Source: Chiloscyllium plagiosum (lineage: Eukaryota). Taken from it: DNA of 64,000 nucleotides. The DNA lies in assembly GCF_004010195.1 (NCBI RefSeq), contig NC_057718.1, positions 105,106,300 to 105,170,299 on the forward strand, read 5' to 3'. Position 1 is the stretch's first letter, and each line of letters begins with the position of its first letter. The position numbers and the translations under genes were made by a program. Positions 51,601 to 63,331 of the stretch are shown here, in pieces. Below the pieces are notes generated by a model that did no database searches, was not told the origin of the DNA, and worked only from the letters and a program-made list of their open reading frames with translations.

Positions 51601-52230
51601 AACGTAGCCTCGAATGTTATGACATTTCAAGTGCTCATCCAAGTACTTTTTAAAGTACTTCCTTCTTTTCAGTTTTTTTTCTTTGTTTTGCTTTAACTGT
51701 CAAGATGTGTTCTTTCTTCGCTTTGTCTGAAGTTTAACTTCAATTAGTACTGCCTTCACTTTACTTCTTGTTCTCTTGAATTATTGGCCCCTTAAGATCT
51801 GGATATTAAATAAGTTTTCCATTATTTTGACTTTGCTCCACTGTTCCCTTTACCTTGGTCTGCTTCTAAGTTTAACTAGTTTAAAGGTCTGCAATAGTGA
51901 TCTATAAAGCCCAGTCCCCTCACCTTGGAATGACGATGTTTAAAATAGACAGCTGATAATGCTGGGTTAACGAAAACCTTGATCATTGTCCATAAACATT
52001 GATTTCAACATTGTTGGTTTGAGCATCTTGCTGTTTCGCACCTTGTTGATGTGATTGTTGAATTAATTTATGAATTACTTGTGAAAAATGGGATACATCT
52101 CTTAAAGTTTGTATCTGTATTTAACAAAAGTAGTATGTTCTTGGACCATAATTACTGCAGCAGAAATTATGTTCAGTCATTAGGGTCAATTACACCAAAT
52201 TGTGTATTGAATCTACAGCACATAAGTGGG

Positions 52231-52735
52231 CCAATAACCTGTGCTGGTGTTAGTACTCCATGACCAATAACCTGCGCTGCCGTTAGTACTCCATTACCAA
52301 TAACCTGAGCTGGTATTAGTACTCAATGACCAATAACCTGCGCTGGTATTAGTACTCCATGACCAATAACCTGCGCTGGTGTTAGTACTCCATGACCAAT
52401 AACCTGCGCTGTGTTAGTATTCCATTACCAATAACCTGCACTGGTGTTTGTACTCCATGACCAATAACCTGCGCTGGTGTTAGTACTCCATTACCAATAA
52501 CCTGCGCTAGTGTTAGTACTCCATGACCAATATCCTGCGCCACTGTTAGTACTCCATGACCAATAACCTGCGCTGGTATTAGTACTCCATGACCAATAAC
52601 CTGCGCTGGCATTAGTACTCCATTACCAATAACCTGCGCTGTGTTTAGTACCCCATGACCAATAACCTGCGCTGCTGTTTGTACTCCATGACCAATAACC
52701 TGCGCTGGTGTTAGTACTCCATGACCAATAACCTG
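52231..52735. repeat. 33-bp minisatellite, about 15 visible copies, running into gap 52736-53338
   Basis: Unit ccaataacctgcgctggtgttagtactccatga. Confidence 0.95.
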
Positions 52736-53338
52736 NNNNNNNNNNNNNNNNNNNNNNNNNNNNNNNNNNNNNNNNNNNNNNNNNNNNNNNNNNNNNNNNN
52801 NNNNNNNNNNNNNNNNNNNNNNNNNNNNNNNNNNNNNNNNNNNNNNNNNNNNNNNNNNNNNNNNNNNNNNNNNNNNNNNNNNNNNNNNNNNNNNNNNNNN
52901 NNNNNNNNNNNNNNNNNNNNNNNNNNNNNNNNNNNNNNNNNNNNNNNNNNNNNNNNNNNNNNNNNNNNNNNNNNNNNNNNNNNNNNNNNNNNNNNNNNNN
53001 NNNNNNNNNNNNNNNNNNNNNNNNNNNNNNNNNNNNNNNNNNNNNNNNNNNNNNNNNNNNNNNNNNNNNNNNNNNNNNNNNNNNNNNNNNNNNNNNNNNN
53101 NNNNNNNNNNNNNNNNNNNNNNNNNNNNNNNNNNNNNNNNNNNNNNNNNNNNNNNNNNNNNNNNNNNNNNNNNNNNNNNNNNNNNNNNNNNNNNNNNNNN
53201 NNNNNNNNNNNNNNNNNNNNNNNNNNNNNNNNNNNNNNNNNNNNNNNNNNNNNNNNNNNNNNNNNNNNNNNNNNNNNNNNNNNNNNNNNNNNNNNNNNNN
53301 NNNNNNNNNNNNNNNNNNNNNNNNNNNNNNNNNNNNNN

Positions 53339-53523
53339 GTGAGGACTGCAGATGCTGGAGATCAGAGTCAAGAGTGTGGTGCTGGGAAAACACAGCAGGT
53401 CAGGCAGCATCTGAGGAGCAGGAGCCTGATATTTCGGGCTTATGCCTGAAACGTTGATTCTCTTGTTCCTTGGATGCTGCCTGATGTGTGCTGTCCTTTG
53501 CCAGCACCATACTTGTGGCTCTG
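53339..53523. mobile_element. Fold-back pair of PLE tails joined at the hammerhead stem II loop
   Basis: Centre tttcgggc-ttat-gcctgaaa at 53432-53451. Confidence 0.72.
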
Positions 53524-53663
53524 TTGAGTGAGATAAGAACCGTTATGATAACTATCTGAATTATTTGAATGCTGGTTCCAATGCAATTAGTATTTTTATT
53601 TTTCCTTTTACTCAGCTGCATAATATACCTCGATTTTAATTGAATTGATTCATGTCATTGCAG

Positions 53664-53698
53664 ACAGATCAAGGACAGATTTGGATCAAGTACCTAAG
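53664..53698 (+). CDS. VPS54: VPS54 exon 5, 35-nt small exon (DRSRTDLDQVPK)
   Basis: Matches DKSRTDLEQVPK; cag and gtaac boundaries; restores phase 0. Confidence 0.92.
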
Positions 53699-54259
53699 GT
53701 AACACACAATAGTTATGTTTTCCTTTTTTTGTTTCACTAATATGTGCAAATGGATCAATGCATTTTATAAGTACAAAAATGTCGCCTTAATGCCTCCTCT
53801 GGCATTGGACCAAGTGTGAATTAATTACTTGTTCTTTGCTGGATAATGCTGACTGGGATTGTTGGTTGGATTTGTATTGTGACGCTCTTGTGTGTTCTGG
53901 AAGCTAAATTGTTTTGCAGAAAGACAGAACATGTACACACACTGCACTTTTTCAGCTCAACAAAATAGGTGACAACTTTTCTTCGGGGCAAAGTCTTGTC
54001 TAATTAGAGTCAATCTGCCTGGTTTAGAATTTAATCAAATATTGACTGTCAACTGTCCCCTTTAATTTTCTTTCTGGTTGCCTGGGCCTCCACGGTTTGT
54101 GCGTGGCAGCAACTTCTGGAACCAGAGTCAATGCCATGATTGGAGTGCCCATTGCTGTGAGTAAAGTCTTGGAGCAGTGTGCACATGCACAGCTTAGAGG
54201 GAATGTTGCTATTAGTCATCATCCAACTGGTGCATTCTCCATGGCAACCACTTCCTAGA

Positions 54260-54542
54260 TATCATAGAATTCCTACAGTGTGGCAGCAGGCCGTTTGGTC
54301 CATACTGACTCTCGGAGCATCCCACCCAGACTCGCCCCCCCCACTCTCTGTCCCTATAATTCTGCATTTCCCATGGCCAATGTACCAAGCCTGCACATCT
54401 CTAGACTATAGGAGGAAGCCGGAGCACCCAGAGGAAACCCATACAGTCATGGGAAGAATGTGCACTCAGACAGTCGCCCGAAGGTGGAATGGAATCCGGG
54501 TCCCTGGCTTTAGCTGACAGCTAATCACTGAGCCACCGTTCC
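54260..54542 (-). mobile_element. V-SINE
   Basis: V-domain and tail. Confidence 0.8.
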
Positions 54543-54661
54543 ACTTCTCTTGTGTGGTACAAATGTTGTCTTCTCTATGTATTAGACTTTCTTGCTAAAG
54601 CTAGATTGAGGATTGCAAATTGAAAAGCTTTTTTCAGCAAAAACTGAAATTCTGTATTGGT

Positions 54662-54970
54662 GGGTGGCACGGTGGCACAGTGGTTAGCACTGCTGCCTCA
54701 CAGCGCCAGAGATCCGGGTTCAATTCCCGCCTCAGGCGACTGACTGTGTGGAGTTTGCACGTTCTCCCCGTGTCTGCGTGGGTTTCCTCCGGGTGCTCCG
54801 GTTTCCTCCCACAGTCCAAAGATGTGCCGGTTAGATGACATGGCCATGCTAAATTGTCCGTAGTGTTAGGTGAAGGGGTATGTGTAGGGGTATGGGTGGG
54901 TTGCGCTTCGATGGGTCGGTGTGGACTTGTTGTGCCGAAGGGCCTGTTTCCACACTGTAACTAATCTAAT
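54662..54970 (+). mobile_element. Full-length V-SINE (HE1-like)
   Basis: A box tggcacagtgg, B box gggttcaattccc, V-domain, (ctaat)n tail. Confidence 0.9.
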
Positions 54971-55034
54971 GACTGATTGTGATTTTATAGAGCAACTACT
55001 CACCAAATAGTCAGCGCTGAGGAGGGTTTCAAAG

Positions 55035-55338
55035 AATCCCTACATTGTGGAAATAGGCCATTTGACCCAACAAGTCCACACTGACCCTCCGAAGAACGTC
55101 CCACCCAGACCCGTTCCCCTCACCTATTAACCTACATTTCCCCATACTGATGTACCTAGCCTACACATCTTGGATACTATGGATAATTTAGCATGGCCAA
55201 TCCACCCTAACCTGTACATCTTTGGATTGTGGGAGGAAACCCACACATACACGGGGAGAATGTGCAAACTCCACACACAGTCACCCGAGGCTGGAATCGA
55301 ACCTGGGTCCTTGGCGCTGTGGGTAAGCAGTGCTAGCC
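55035..55338 (-). mobile_element. V-SINE
   Basis: A/B boxes and V-domain. Confidence 0.85.
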
Positions 55339-55591
55339 ACTGAACCACTGTGCTGCCTACGGTTTGTTAAGATGCAAGGCATGTGGTTGCATGTTGCAGT
55401 TTGGAGAGGAAAATAAATAATGTATTTTTAAAATTCAAAACTATAAATTGCATTTCTATTTAGTATTACCTAATGGTTATTTCAGTTGTTGTCTAGGACT
55501 CCTCCCAGCTGTTTTCTTTGATATTTAAACAGAATCTGAACTATGGTTTTGAGAAAAATTTATTTACTTGTTTTATTTCTCTCCTTTACAG

Positions 55592-55732
55592 ATATTTTTG
55601 AAGTCTGACTTTGCTCTGGAAGATCCTTTAACATTTTCTACTGTTTTGCCTTGGTCACATTTCAGTGGCCAACATGGAGCCAGTGGGAAGGGGGCTCGTG
55701 ATGGAGCATCGTCAAGGTTATTGCAAGAAAAG
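55592..55732 (+). CDS. VPS54: VPS54 exon 6 (IFLKSDFALEDPLTF...SSRLLQEK)
   Basis: ORF 55568..55864; canonical splice sites; 141 nt. Confidence 0.95.
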
Positions 55733-56938
55733 GTATCCAGATACACAGCTCATGATTTTTTTTGTAAGGTTCTCCTATGCTATTGCTCTGTTGTATTTCA
55801 GATGCGGAAATTTGCATCAGTAGGAATCAAGAGAGATTCCAACTTGCCCGTTCATTTGAGTTAAATAGTCACAGACTTGAAACATCTCTGTTTCTGTCTC
55901 CACAGATTCTGTCTGTACAGCAGAGTATTTTCAGTATTTTGTTTTCATTATACTGGAATGAGCATGCTGTTTTTATGTAGAGGTGGTTTAAATGATGTCA
56001 TCTAGTTCGATTTTCGTGAGAAGTTTAATGAACTTCAATTGAATCAACTCCAAATGTACTGTATTGAGTGCAGGCAAGTGATTAGTGTTTGACTTTGCCT
56101 ATCATTAAGGATTCAGGCCATCAAGCCAAAACAGCCCTCCCCAAAATACATATTATGTACTGTACTTGAGGAATCATTTGATTATTTTTATAAGCCGTTG
56201 TAGTATTGCATTCAAGTAGTCCATCCAATAGATCTAGTAAGTATTCCGAAATGATTTTGCAGTTATTTCTCTTGCCTGTGATGCTTGTAATTTGATGAGG
56301 TCAGGTGCAAGACCAATTTATGGAACTTCTGTTGAGATCAATATACAGTCTATAAATTAAAGAAACTCTGGCTTGGATTTACTGGTTTTATTTGGAACTA
56401 GGATTCCTCAGATTGAGCTGACCCACCTCTTCAAAGTAAGGACTTTGGTTCAAAGTTGGAAAGGTCTGTTTTCAGCATAACTTATCATTTTGCCCACAAT
56501 GTATAGTGGAAGGTGCCCAGTATCTGGGTGATGCACTTTTTCCTCTTTGATTATTCATTACCATAGGTGTTTAAAGATTGTAAATTTGTAAACCTTTCAG
56601 TGGGCGTCCCACAATTATTTCCATGTATTCATGCATAGAAAACTGTATGCTAGCTGGTCTGCTTAGCAGGTGAGAAATCTGTGCTGCAGACCAGATTTGA
56701 GGTGTCCGAAATGACAAAGATAGGGGGTGATGCTGAGGAGGAGAACCATTGACAGTTCCAGATAGAATCAGAAACCAAAGGAGGATCTATAAACTGGATA
56801 GATAGTTCAAAACTAAACATTTATAGCAGAGTATGGCAATACACAAAAAGCTGTTGAACATAATTGTGATTAACCAGATGCCCACATCCAAGTTGTAAAA
56901 TTCTGAGATTTAAATTCTTAATGGATTTTATTTTGCAG

Positions 56939-57324
56939 CTAACACATTATTTAGATGTTGTGGAAGTGAATATAGCCCACCAGATTTCTCTCCGATCTGA
57001 TGCCTTTTTTCACGCTATGACTTCTCAACATGAACTGCAGGACTACCTCACCAAAACCTCGCAAGCCGTAAAAATGCTTCGTGATAAAATTGCCCAGATT
57101 GACAAAGTAATGTGCGAAGGATCTTTGCAAATTTTGAGACTTGCTGTGACTAGAAATAACTGTGTAAAAATGTACAACAAACTAAAGTTAATGGCCACTG
57201 TTCACCAAACACAGCCCACAGTACAATTATTGCTGTCAACCTCAGAGTTTGTTGGGGCACTGGACCTAATTGCAACAACACAGGAGGTGCTACAACAGGA
57301 ACTTCAGGGGATTCATAGTTTCAG
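56939..57324 (+). CDS. VPS54: VPS54 exon 7 (LTHYLDVVEVNIAHQIS...LQGIHSFR)
   Basis: ORF 56921..57328; canonical splice sites; 386 nt. Confidence 0.97.
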
Positions 57325-57864
57325 GTAAGTGATGGTGCAAAGTTCATTTTTCATTAACTCTTTTGCAGATATTTCCTGCATTCTTGAATCTTCTGATGGT
57401 CTGAAATGAAAATTTGCATATAGAAGTTCTGATTTAAAGACAGAAAATGGTGAGAATGCAAAGCAGGGCTATTAGCATTTCAATGAGGTAGGCTGATCAA
57501 CAGTTGAAACTTTATTGCTGGAACAGCACAGCAGGTCAGGCAGCATCCAGGGAACAGGAGATTCGACGTTTCGGGCACAGGCCCTAGATCAACAGACCAG
57601 GTTTGAGACCTCTCCCCAGAAAAATTTTGTCGGGCTGGAGAAGTCCCCTTATAAAATATGATTAAAAACTGGAGAGAGATTGTTTTGACTGCAAGTCTTA
57701 CAGCAGAATCTTTTTTTTCCCAGACATGTTTGTGCTTTGTAACAGAATATTGATCAGTTCAGAATCTCTGCGTAACTTCAGTTTTCATTATTTTCTGTCA
57801 GATGGTCACTTTGGCCTTTTTTAGCAAACTAATTGCAGATTAACGCACCATAGATTAGCAACCT

Positions 57865-58100
57865 AGATTAGATTAGATTCCCTACAGTGTGGAAACAGGC
57901 CCTTCGGCCCAACAAGTCCACACTGACCCTCTGAAGAGTAACCCACCCAGACCCATTTCCCTCTGACTAATGCACCTAACACTACAGGCAATTTAGCATG
58001 GCCAATTCACCTAACCTGCACATCTTTGGACTGTGGGAGGAAACTGGAGCACCCGGGGGAAATCCATGCAGACACTGGGAGAATGTGCAAACTCCACACA
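57865..58100 (-). mobile_element. 5'-truncated V-SINE
   Basis: V-domain and (gatta)n tail. Confidence 0.85.
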
Positions 58101-58128
58101 TGATGGTGTGTCTCAGTACAACAGATGG

Positions 58129-58252
58129 GAGAAAGTGAGGTCTGCAGATGCTGGAGATCAGAGCTGAAAATGTGTTGCTGGAAAAGCGCAGCAGGTCAGG
58201 CAGCATCCAGGGAACAGGAGAATCGACGTTTCGGGTATAAGCCCTTCTTCAG
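58129..58252 (-). mobile_element. Short hammerhead-bearing PLE derivative with 16-bp direct repeat
   Basis: tcagtacaacagatgg at 58113-58128 and 58249-58264; core CTGAAGA...GAAACGTC. Confidence 0.85.
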
Positions 58253-58492
58253 TACAACAGATGGCAATAAATGGTGCAATTACTTGTTGAGTATTGAGAG
58301 TTGAGATAATATTTTCAGGGGAGTTCTGAGCAGCAGTGTGCAGGAGATGAGAATCAGATCTTATAATTTCTCCTCCTGGATTTCCCCTGGTTTGTTTATG
58401 GGCTGTAGGTGTTGTTGACCTTTGCTGCCCATCCCTAACTCCTTTTGAACTGAGTGATTTGCTGGGCCATTTCAGAGATAAGTTAAGAATCA

Positions 58493-58680
58493 AGAACAGA
58501 AATTGCTGGAAAAACTCAGCAGGTCTGGCAGCACCTGTGAAGAGAAAAACAAAGTTAATGTTTCACGTTCAGTGACTTTTGATCAGAACCTTCTCTCCAC
58601 AGATGTTGCGAGACGTGCTGAGTTTCTGCTGCACTTGGATTTTGTTTCAGATTTCCAGTATCCGCAGTTCTTTGTTTTAT
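58493..58680. mobile_element. Decayed fold-back PLE-derived short element
   Basis: Same family and inverted layout as 19860-20050. Confidence 0.6.
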
Positions 58681-59675
58681 ATGACAATCAATTGCATCGG
58701 GTCTGGAGTCACATGGAGGCCAGACCAGGTAAGAATACCTTGCCCACCACCGATGTCAGGCTCGCCAGTCTATAGTACCCTGGCTTTTCCTTACCACCTT
58801 TCTTAATTAATGGCACCCTTCCTGCGTTCTTGAATCTTCTGATGTTCTGAAGTGGAAATTTGCATATAGAAATTCTAATTTAAAGACAGAAAATGGTGAG
58901 AATGCAAAGCAGGGCTATTAGCATTTCAACGAGGTAGGCTGATCAACTGACCAGGTTTACGTCGATTTCACCTGATGCTGCCTGACTTGCTGTGTTCTTC
59001 CAGCCTCCTGTCTGTCTAACCTCCCACAAAAGGCATTTGTGAATTGAAATCAATAGATATTTCATGACCCTATTACTTAGACTAGCTTTCACTTCCATTA
59101 ATTGAATCAAAATTCCATGACCTGCGCTGTGGGATTTGAGCATGTTTAGCAGGGTATTAACGTCTGGTTTATTCATCCATTACCAGTGGGCCATGGTCTC
59201 CACTTGTAGAGTTTATTTGGAATGAGGTGCTTATAAATAAGAACCACGCAGCATTGTGAGTCTTGATTCAAGATTTTCTGGCACAGGAAGAAACCATTTG
59301 TCTCGTTGTGTTGTGTGGGTTTCTATAAGTTGTTGCATCGAGCTCCTTACCTCTCCCATTTGTTATTACTTATCTTTCAAATATTAGTACATTTTCTTTC
59401 CAGGACCTGTTTGGATCCTATTTCATATGGGTTATTTTTAAATTGTGCAAATCTTCAGCTGTGTTTATTTTTGCACCAAGAAATTGTTGCCAAATTTTAA
59501 TAACTTTCCTTCAGTTCCACATTGAGAATTATGGAATGGGGTTAGAGGGCATCAGTCCTTGTTTGTTGTCATTGAGGCTGCTTCATTTATAATTATTTAT
59601 TCAAAGTTTGGGTGAAGATTTGTAGCTCGGGTGCTCGTTGCTGTGGTTCTGTTCGCCGAGCTGGAAATTTTTGTT

Positions 59676-59715
59676 GCAAACGTTTCGTCCCCTGTCTAGG
59701 TGACATCCTCAGTGC
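59676..59715 (-). ncRNA. Minimal hammerhead motif (mirror copy)
   Basis: Reverse complement of 60219-60258. Confidence 0.72.
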
Positions 59716-60218
59716 TTGGGAGCCTCCTGTGAAGCGCTTCTGTGGTGTTTCCTCCGGCATTTATAGTGGCCTGTCCCTGCCGCTTCCGGTTGTCAGTTTC
59801 AGCTGTCCGCTGTAGTGGCCGGTATATTGGGTCCAGGTCTATGTGTTTGTTGATGGAGTTTGTGGATGAGTGCCATGCTTCTAGGAATTCCCTGGCTCTT
59901 GTTTGTTTGGCTTGCCCTATAATGGTAGTGTTGTCCCAGTCAAATTCATGTTGCTTGTCGTCTGCGTGTGTGGCTACAAGCAACATGAATTTGACTGGGA
60001 CAACACTGCCATTATAGGGCAAGCGAAACAAAGAACAGCCAGGGAATTCCTAGAAGCATGGCACTCATCCACAAACTCCATCAACAAACACATCGACCTG
60101 GACCCAATATACCGGCCACTACAGCGGACAGCTGAAACTGACAACCGGAAGCGGCAGGGACAGGCCACTATAAATGCCGGAGGAAACACCACAGAAGCGC
60201 TTCACAGGAGGCTCCCAA

Positions 60219-60258
60219 GCACTGAGGATGTCACCTAGACAGGGGACGAAACGTTTGC
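60219..60258 (+). ncRNA. Minimal type I hammerhead ribozyme motif
   Basis: GCA-CTGAGGA-T-GTCACCT-AGAC-AGGGGAC-GAAA-C-GTT-TGC. Confidence 0.72.
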
Positions 60259-60793
60259 AACAAAAAGTTCCAGCTCGGCGAACAGAACCACAGCAATTAT
60301 TTATTCATTTATGATCATCTAATAAAACAGAAAGCTGAAATTCTAATAAATTGTTTAATACTGTATTTATTAACAGTTTCCTGATTTCTGTTAATGGTCC
60401 ACATAATGAAAGTTTCACAATGGTTGTTCATTTCCGTTGGTGCATTGAAAGTTGCTTCTCGTCTGCTAAGGGACTATTAAATTTGTACATGTTTATTGAT
60501 GTGAATACTCTGTATATCCACTGAACATAATAACACATTGTATACTGCTCAGGATCACCTTTTGATAGAAATATTGTTTTACCAGTAATGGTTTGTAACT
60601 AATGGACATGGCCAAAAGACCCTTTCTAAAACACTGATCACAAAATAAATTGTTACATATTATATCGAATGAATTATTACTAAAAAAAATGTTATACAAT
60701 GTAGACAGGAATGCTTCCTATATAATCCCTGAGTGCGTTTATTTGTTTGAGGTATGTTTGTTTCAGAAATATTTCTACAATTGCATTTTTCAG

Positions 60794-60917
60794 GCACCTT
60801 GGTTCACAACTGTGCGAGTTGGAAAGACTCATAGATAAGATGATGATAGCAGATTTTTCTACATATGCTCATAGTGACTTAAATAGGCCCTTGGAAGATG
60901 ATCAGTTGCTAGAAGAG
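60794..60917 (+). CDS. VPS54: VPS54 exon 8 (HLGSQLCELERLIDKMM...QLLEE)
   Basis: ORF 60747..60938; cag and gtatg boundaries; 124 nt. Confidence 0.96.
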
Positions 60918-61074
60918 GTATGTGAAAGTACTTATTGAATTACAAAGTGTCGCACTAAATGTTTGATTTTACAACTAGATGTGTAGATTCTGTGTTATAA
61001 TTTCAGTCTGTGAATATGCAAATTCATCCACAGAGTGATGTATTATTAACATTTCACCCTTTTTAAAATCATTC

Positions 61075-61412
61075 AATCCCTACAGTATGGAATGTGGCCA
61101 TCTGGCCCTTCGGGTCTCTACCCACCCTGTGAAGAGCTTCACTCTCAGACACAGTCCGCTACCTTGTCCCCATAACCCTACATCTACAATGGCTAATCCA
61201 CATAGCCTGCACATGCTTGGACGGTACGGGACAATTTAGTATGGCCGATCCACCCTAACCTGCACAGCTTTGGACTGTGGGAGGAAACCGAAGCACCAGA
61301 GGAAACCCACATAGATACATCAGGGAGAATGTGCAAACTCCACACAGACAGTGACCCAAGGCTGGAGTTGAACCCGGGACCCTGGTGCAGTGAGGCAGCA
61401 GTGCTAACCACA
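61075..61412 (-). mobile_element. V-SINE
   Basis: V-domain and B box. Confidence 0.82.
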
Positions 61413-61509
61413 CTGCTACTATCCTGCAACAGAAAGCAGCTGATGTAAAAACGGGTGCCTGAATGGATATCACTAAATCCTGAGCTTATTTCACAAAAAC
61501 AGAAGATAA

Positions 61510-61865
61510 GTACACAAGGCCATAAGAAATAGGAACAGGAGGAGATTATTTGGCTCCATGGGCCTGCATCTCCATTCAACAGGATCATGTCTGATCCAGT
61601 ATTCCTCACATCCACTTTGCTGTGTTTTTCCCATAAACCTCAACACCCCTATTGATCAGCAGGACCCTGCCCACACAGTTCTCTGTGGCAAGGAGTTCCA
61701 AAGGCATGTAAACCTTCCAAGAGAAGAAAAACCTCCTCATCCCAATCTTCACTTGGCACCCCTTAATTCTGAGCCCATGCCTAGACTCTTCCATGAGGGG
61801 TGAAATCCTCTTAACATTTACCCTATCAAGCCCCTTAAGCATCCTATGTGTTTCAATGAGATCAC
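61510..61865 (-). mobile_element. CR1 3' fragment
   Basis: ORF 61606..61842 (MLKGLDRV...SRHGLRIKG...RRFFFS). Confidence 0.75.
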
Positions 61866-63331
61866 TTTTTTTTTGTATTCACTCATAGGCTGTAGGCGTA
61901 ATGGCTGGCCAGCATTTTTATTGCCTGCCCTTAGCTGCCCTTGAATTGAGTAGCCTGTGAGGCCATTTCAGAGGGCAGTTGAGAATTATCCACATTGCTG
62001 TAGGTCTGGAGTTACATGTAAGTCAGACCAGGTGAGGGTGGCCAATTTCCTTCCCTGAAGGATGTTAGTGAACCAGATGGGTTTTTCTGACAATCAACAA
62101 TAGTTTGATGGTCATCAAGTATCACTTTTCCCAGTCTTCCCTCATTTAGCCTGAGATGTTACAAATTCAGCCATCTAAATTTCTCTGCAATGTCATTAGT
62201 AATTGATCTTTTTTTTTCTTGCAACCAGAAGAGAATGCCATGTTTAGTCAAATTTTAAGTGTTCAGTTATGTTTGAGGATTTTCAGTACAAGTGCTTCAT
62301 CCTGCTGGGTTGGAATTGAGTAGGAATGTTGTGCGATTAATAGAATTGCTGTGACACAGTAATTTGGAGCTGCGTTGACAAACACATTGTGGAAATGTTG
62401 GAAAATAGTCAAAAATGTCATCGTATGTTGTTATAATCATTGACTTCACGAAGCGGAAACAGTAGCAAAGATATAATTTAATGAACAATGTTCATGTGAA
62501 GGAGGACATTTTAAAAGCTTTATGATCCTGCTCGACTTAGGTTTGTCACAGGCAGGCATTAATAATTTTGGAAGTCCGTAATTTTTAGGTTTTGAAAATA
62601 AAATAACAGAAATTAAAGATACTTCATTGTGCATTATAAGAAAAAATGTTGTTGCAGTCATGGGGATTGTCCTGAGATTTGATTTAAGAGACATGGCCAG
62701 CAATAGGTTTTATTTGCTGTGTAACCTGCTGTCTATCTAACTTGTAAGTGGTTGAAATAAACAGGGGATGTGAGTGTTCTTTTTCCAGCACTGCTAATCT
62801 CTTCCTCCATTTCACTCCGTTAACTGATAATGCAGGGCTGGAGGAGGCTGTGTCTAGTGATTTATTTACCCAGCCACCAAATGAAATAAGCTATTTCTAA
62901 TGAAATTTTGTAATTGCACAATATTTAAACTTGTGTTATCCAATAAGGAAGGGTGCAGCATGTGTTGGGGTGACCGTCCCCATACTCCTGACTGCACATT
63001 TGCCCTCTGCTCCCAGTGTCAGCAAATGAATATGTGGGCAATGACTAGAATAAAATGGTTTCAAATCAAGATGACGTTTCTTCGTACTTCAGTTTCAACT
63101 TGAGATTTTCCAAATTTCATCACGTATAAATTCTGGCTTTTTGTGTAGTCACATTCCAAATATTGAGCATTTCGCTATATTTTCTCTCATATCTTTTTTT
63201 TACTAACTACCTTTGCTGTTAATAAATTTAAGGTAAATTATGTGCTACCTGATTGTGAACTTTACAGAACAGCCTGTTCACAATAAGAAAAGGTTATGTT
63301 GCTTTGTAAATGTATTTATTCTCTCTTAAAG

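Larger units (their letters stand above)
57373..58958 (+). repeat. 140-bp direct duplication (57373-57604 filled; 58819-58958 empty)
   Basis: Near-identical sequences; the first copy carries a PLE-tail insertion at 57504-57586. Confidence 0.9.
59604..60296. mobile_element. Palindromic Penelope/Poseidon-type PLE insertion
   Basis: 321-bp arms 59638-59958 and 59976-60296; TSD aattatttattca at 59591-59603 and 60295-60307; HEFDWDN...REFLEAWHS motif. Confidence 0.92.

Noticed and set aside
52231..52735. 33-bp repeats as a CRISPR array or repeat protein gene
   Set aside because: Head-to-tail units with no unique spacers and no cas genes in a eukaryotic intron; the long ORFs come from the 33-nt period and the N run
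54662..54740. tRNA gene
   Set aside because: A/B boxes are the head of a V-SINE and continue into the V-domain and LINE-derived tail
59604..60296. DNA transposon or MITE with terminal inverted repeats
   Set aside because: Arms are PLE GIY-YIG C-terminus and pseudo-LTR sequence with an asymmetric tail; no transposase-type termini
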